Shown piece by piece: positions 26,523 to 27,791 of a DNA stretch of 27,791 nt. The notes under the pieces were generated by a model that saw only the letters and a program-made list of their open reading frames with translations, ran no database searches and had not been told where the DNA came from. This DNA comes from a virus (Duplodnaviria > Caudoviricetes): IMG/VR virus record IMGVR_UViG_3300035703_000359, positions 1 through 27,791 of that record; one strand, 5' to 3'. A program made the translations under genes and the position numbers. How positions within the stretch are numbered: position 1 is the first letter of the stretch; every line of letters begins with the position of its first letter.

Positions 26523-26870
26523 ATGCTAGAGTCAGATATTCAAGAGGCAGTAGTCAAGTTCATTGATATTAACTATCCAGGCACCTTGTATTGTGCATCA
26601 GCTGGAGGGATGAGGACTAGCATGAGACAAGCTATCAAGATGAAACGCACTGGCTATAAGAAAGGATTCCCTGACTTACAGATCATGCATCCCACAAAGC
26701 TACATCATGGCTTATTCATTGAGATTAAGACAAGTAAGGGTCAAGCATCACCAGAGCAGAAAGCTTGGAGGGATGAGTTGAATAAGAGAGGATACAGAGC
26801 TGTGATATGCAAGGGCCTTGATGCTTGTATTCTCGAGATCATTACCTACATGAATGAGAGACTTGAATAA
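26523..26870 (+). CDS. VRR-NUC domain nuclease
   Basis: E..IQ, G...G.PDL, GLFIEIK, EQK.W...L...GY motifs (PD-(D/E)xK). Confidence 0.9.
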   Translation: MLESDIQEAVVKFIDINYPGTLYCASAGGMRTSMRQAIKMKRTGYKKGFPDLQIMHPTKLHHGLFIEIKTSKGQASPEQKAWRDELNKRGYRAVICKGLDACILEIITYMNERLE

Positions 26871-27387
26871 TGCCATAGAACTGCACTACAAAGATTTCTT
26901 AGCACTGGCTAAGATTCTGTCTAGAGGCAAGAGCTTTGATCCCTATGACCTCCTCCATGATACCATTGCTAGACTCTATGAGAGAGAAGCTGATTTCATT
27001 GACGATATTATCAAGAGAGGCAAGTTCAAGGCATACATGGACTGCTCATTGAGGTTAGCAGCTAATAGCTCTACCAGTAGATTCTACTACACTCATCGCA
27101 AGTTCACCAATGACATGAGTGAGATCACTGAGGATGCCTTACAGACAAAAGTTCCGGATATTGCAAGTTTTGTCAATAGGGAGAACATTGACATCATCAT
27201 CAGTAGGCTCCCTGAATTTGAGAGCAAAGCACTGGAGCTGTATCTCATGGGCTTCAAGTACAAGGAGATCAGTGATGCCACAGATATACCTCTCACCTAT
27301 GTGTTTAGGGCAGTCAATACAGCTAAGCAATTACTAATAGATCATATATGTTATTTACAACAGCACAGCAAAGAAAAGAAAGACTAG
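26854..27387 (+). CDS. ECF-like RNA polymerase sigma factor (probable late activator)
   Basis: DLLHD region-2-like motif; region 4 HTH LPEFE...L....G..YKEISDATDIP...V. Confidence 0.75.
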   Translation: MRDLNNAIELHYKDFLALAKILSRGKSFDPYDLLHDTIARLYEREADFIDDIIKRGKFKAYMDCSLRLAANSSTSRFYYTHRKFTNDMSEITEDALQTKVPDIASFVNRENIDIIISRLPEFESKALELYLMGFKYKEISDATDIPLTYVFRAVNTAKQLLIDHICYLQQHSKEKKD

Positions 27388-27791
27388 ACATCTGCATGGC
27401 ATGTCCAGTCTATGTAGCTAAAAGCAGCTCATGTGGGAAGTTTATGGACCTATTCCAAGACCTTGTTACCATTGATGGTGTGACATTCAAGCCATGTGGA
27501 TGCCATCTCAGAGCAAAGGCATCACTCAAGCATTTTGATTGTCCAGCAGGGAAGTGGCCTACTATCTTCAGCAAGAAACAACTGTCTATATTGAAAGACA
27601 TCGCAGAGAGAGCTACCAGGCAGAAGTTTATAGTTAAGGAGGACAGAGATATGCTCAATCAAATCTTTCAGACTGAGGACCCCAACTTCCGAGGATTCTC
27701 ATGTACTTCATGTGGCAGTCAGATATTCAGTACACTAGATCAGCTTTTGCAAGACATGAATAATGGTACTGTACTAGTGGATAACCCCTCA
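27348..27791 (+). CDS. Cys-rich putative metal-binding protein, 3'-truncated (not in ORF track)
   Basis: 148 open codons: RLDICMACP...C...CGC....KA......CPAGKW, plus a later CTSC. Confidence 0.75.
   Translation, partial: MLFTTAQQRKERLDICMACPVYVAKSSSCGKFMDLFQDLVTIDGVTFKPCGCHLRAKASLKHFDCPAGKWPTIFSKKQLSILKDIAERATRQKFIVKEDRDMLNQIFQTEDPNFRGFSCTSCGSQIFSTLDQLLQDMNNGTVLVDNPS

Noticed and set aside
1129-27157. Apparent survival of CCGG (about 21 by hand) amid CpG depletion
   Set aside because: Enrichment cannot be shown without a full CG count and Markov model.
27410-27658. 82-aa - strand ORF and other short antisense/nested ORFs in the track (e.g. 855..1094, 14554..14910, 22467..22862)
   Set aside because: Shadows of well-supported genes with no motifs or coupling.
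27776-27785. AGTGGATAA near-DnaA box
   Set aside because: Single mismatched copy inside a coding region.
1-27791. Alternative genetic code, CRISPR array, tRNA, integrase
   Set aside because: Genes are long and dense under the standard code with all three stops used; no repeat-spacer array, cloverleaf or recombinase motif was seen.

Overview
This window is most of the genome of a tailed dsDNA phage, probably siphovirus-like, with a Bacteroidota (Flavobacteria-like) host. Host evidence: TAnnTTTG promoter elements and A-rich leaders without Shine-Dalgarno sequences. The + strand (1-18836) is one virion/lysis block in a permuted order: frameshifting tail chaperone, tail-completion/fibre proteins, distal tail and hub, tape measure, XkdF-type prohead protease, scaffold, major capsid, tail tube, a 763-aa multi-domain portal, adaptor, then a lysis cassette containing a metallophosphoesterase. 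The - strand (26404-18833) is a tightly coupled early/replication operon: SSB-like, HTH, stand-alone DnaA domain IV, initiator and loader, HNH, small ORFs, and finally the large terminase. A 118-bp divergent control region also drives VRR-NUC, a sigma factor and a Cys-rich protein rightwards. Most notable: (i) a second slippery site plus hairpin inside the portal gene, predicting short and long portal isoforms; (ii) tandem DnaA-box-like repeats in the divergent promoter of a phage that encodes a mini-DnaA; (iii) an identical TATACTAAGA motif 3 nt before two late start codons; (iv) strong but patchy CpG depletion. No integrase, DNA polymerase, helicase, tRNA, CRISPR or reverse transcriptase was seen. 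All product calls come from motif recognition by eye, not database searches.
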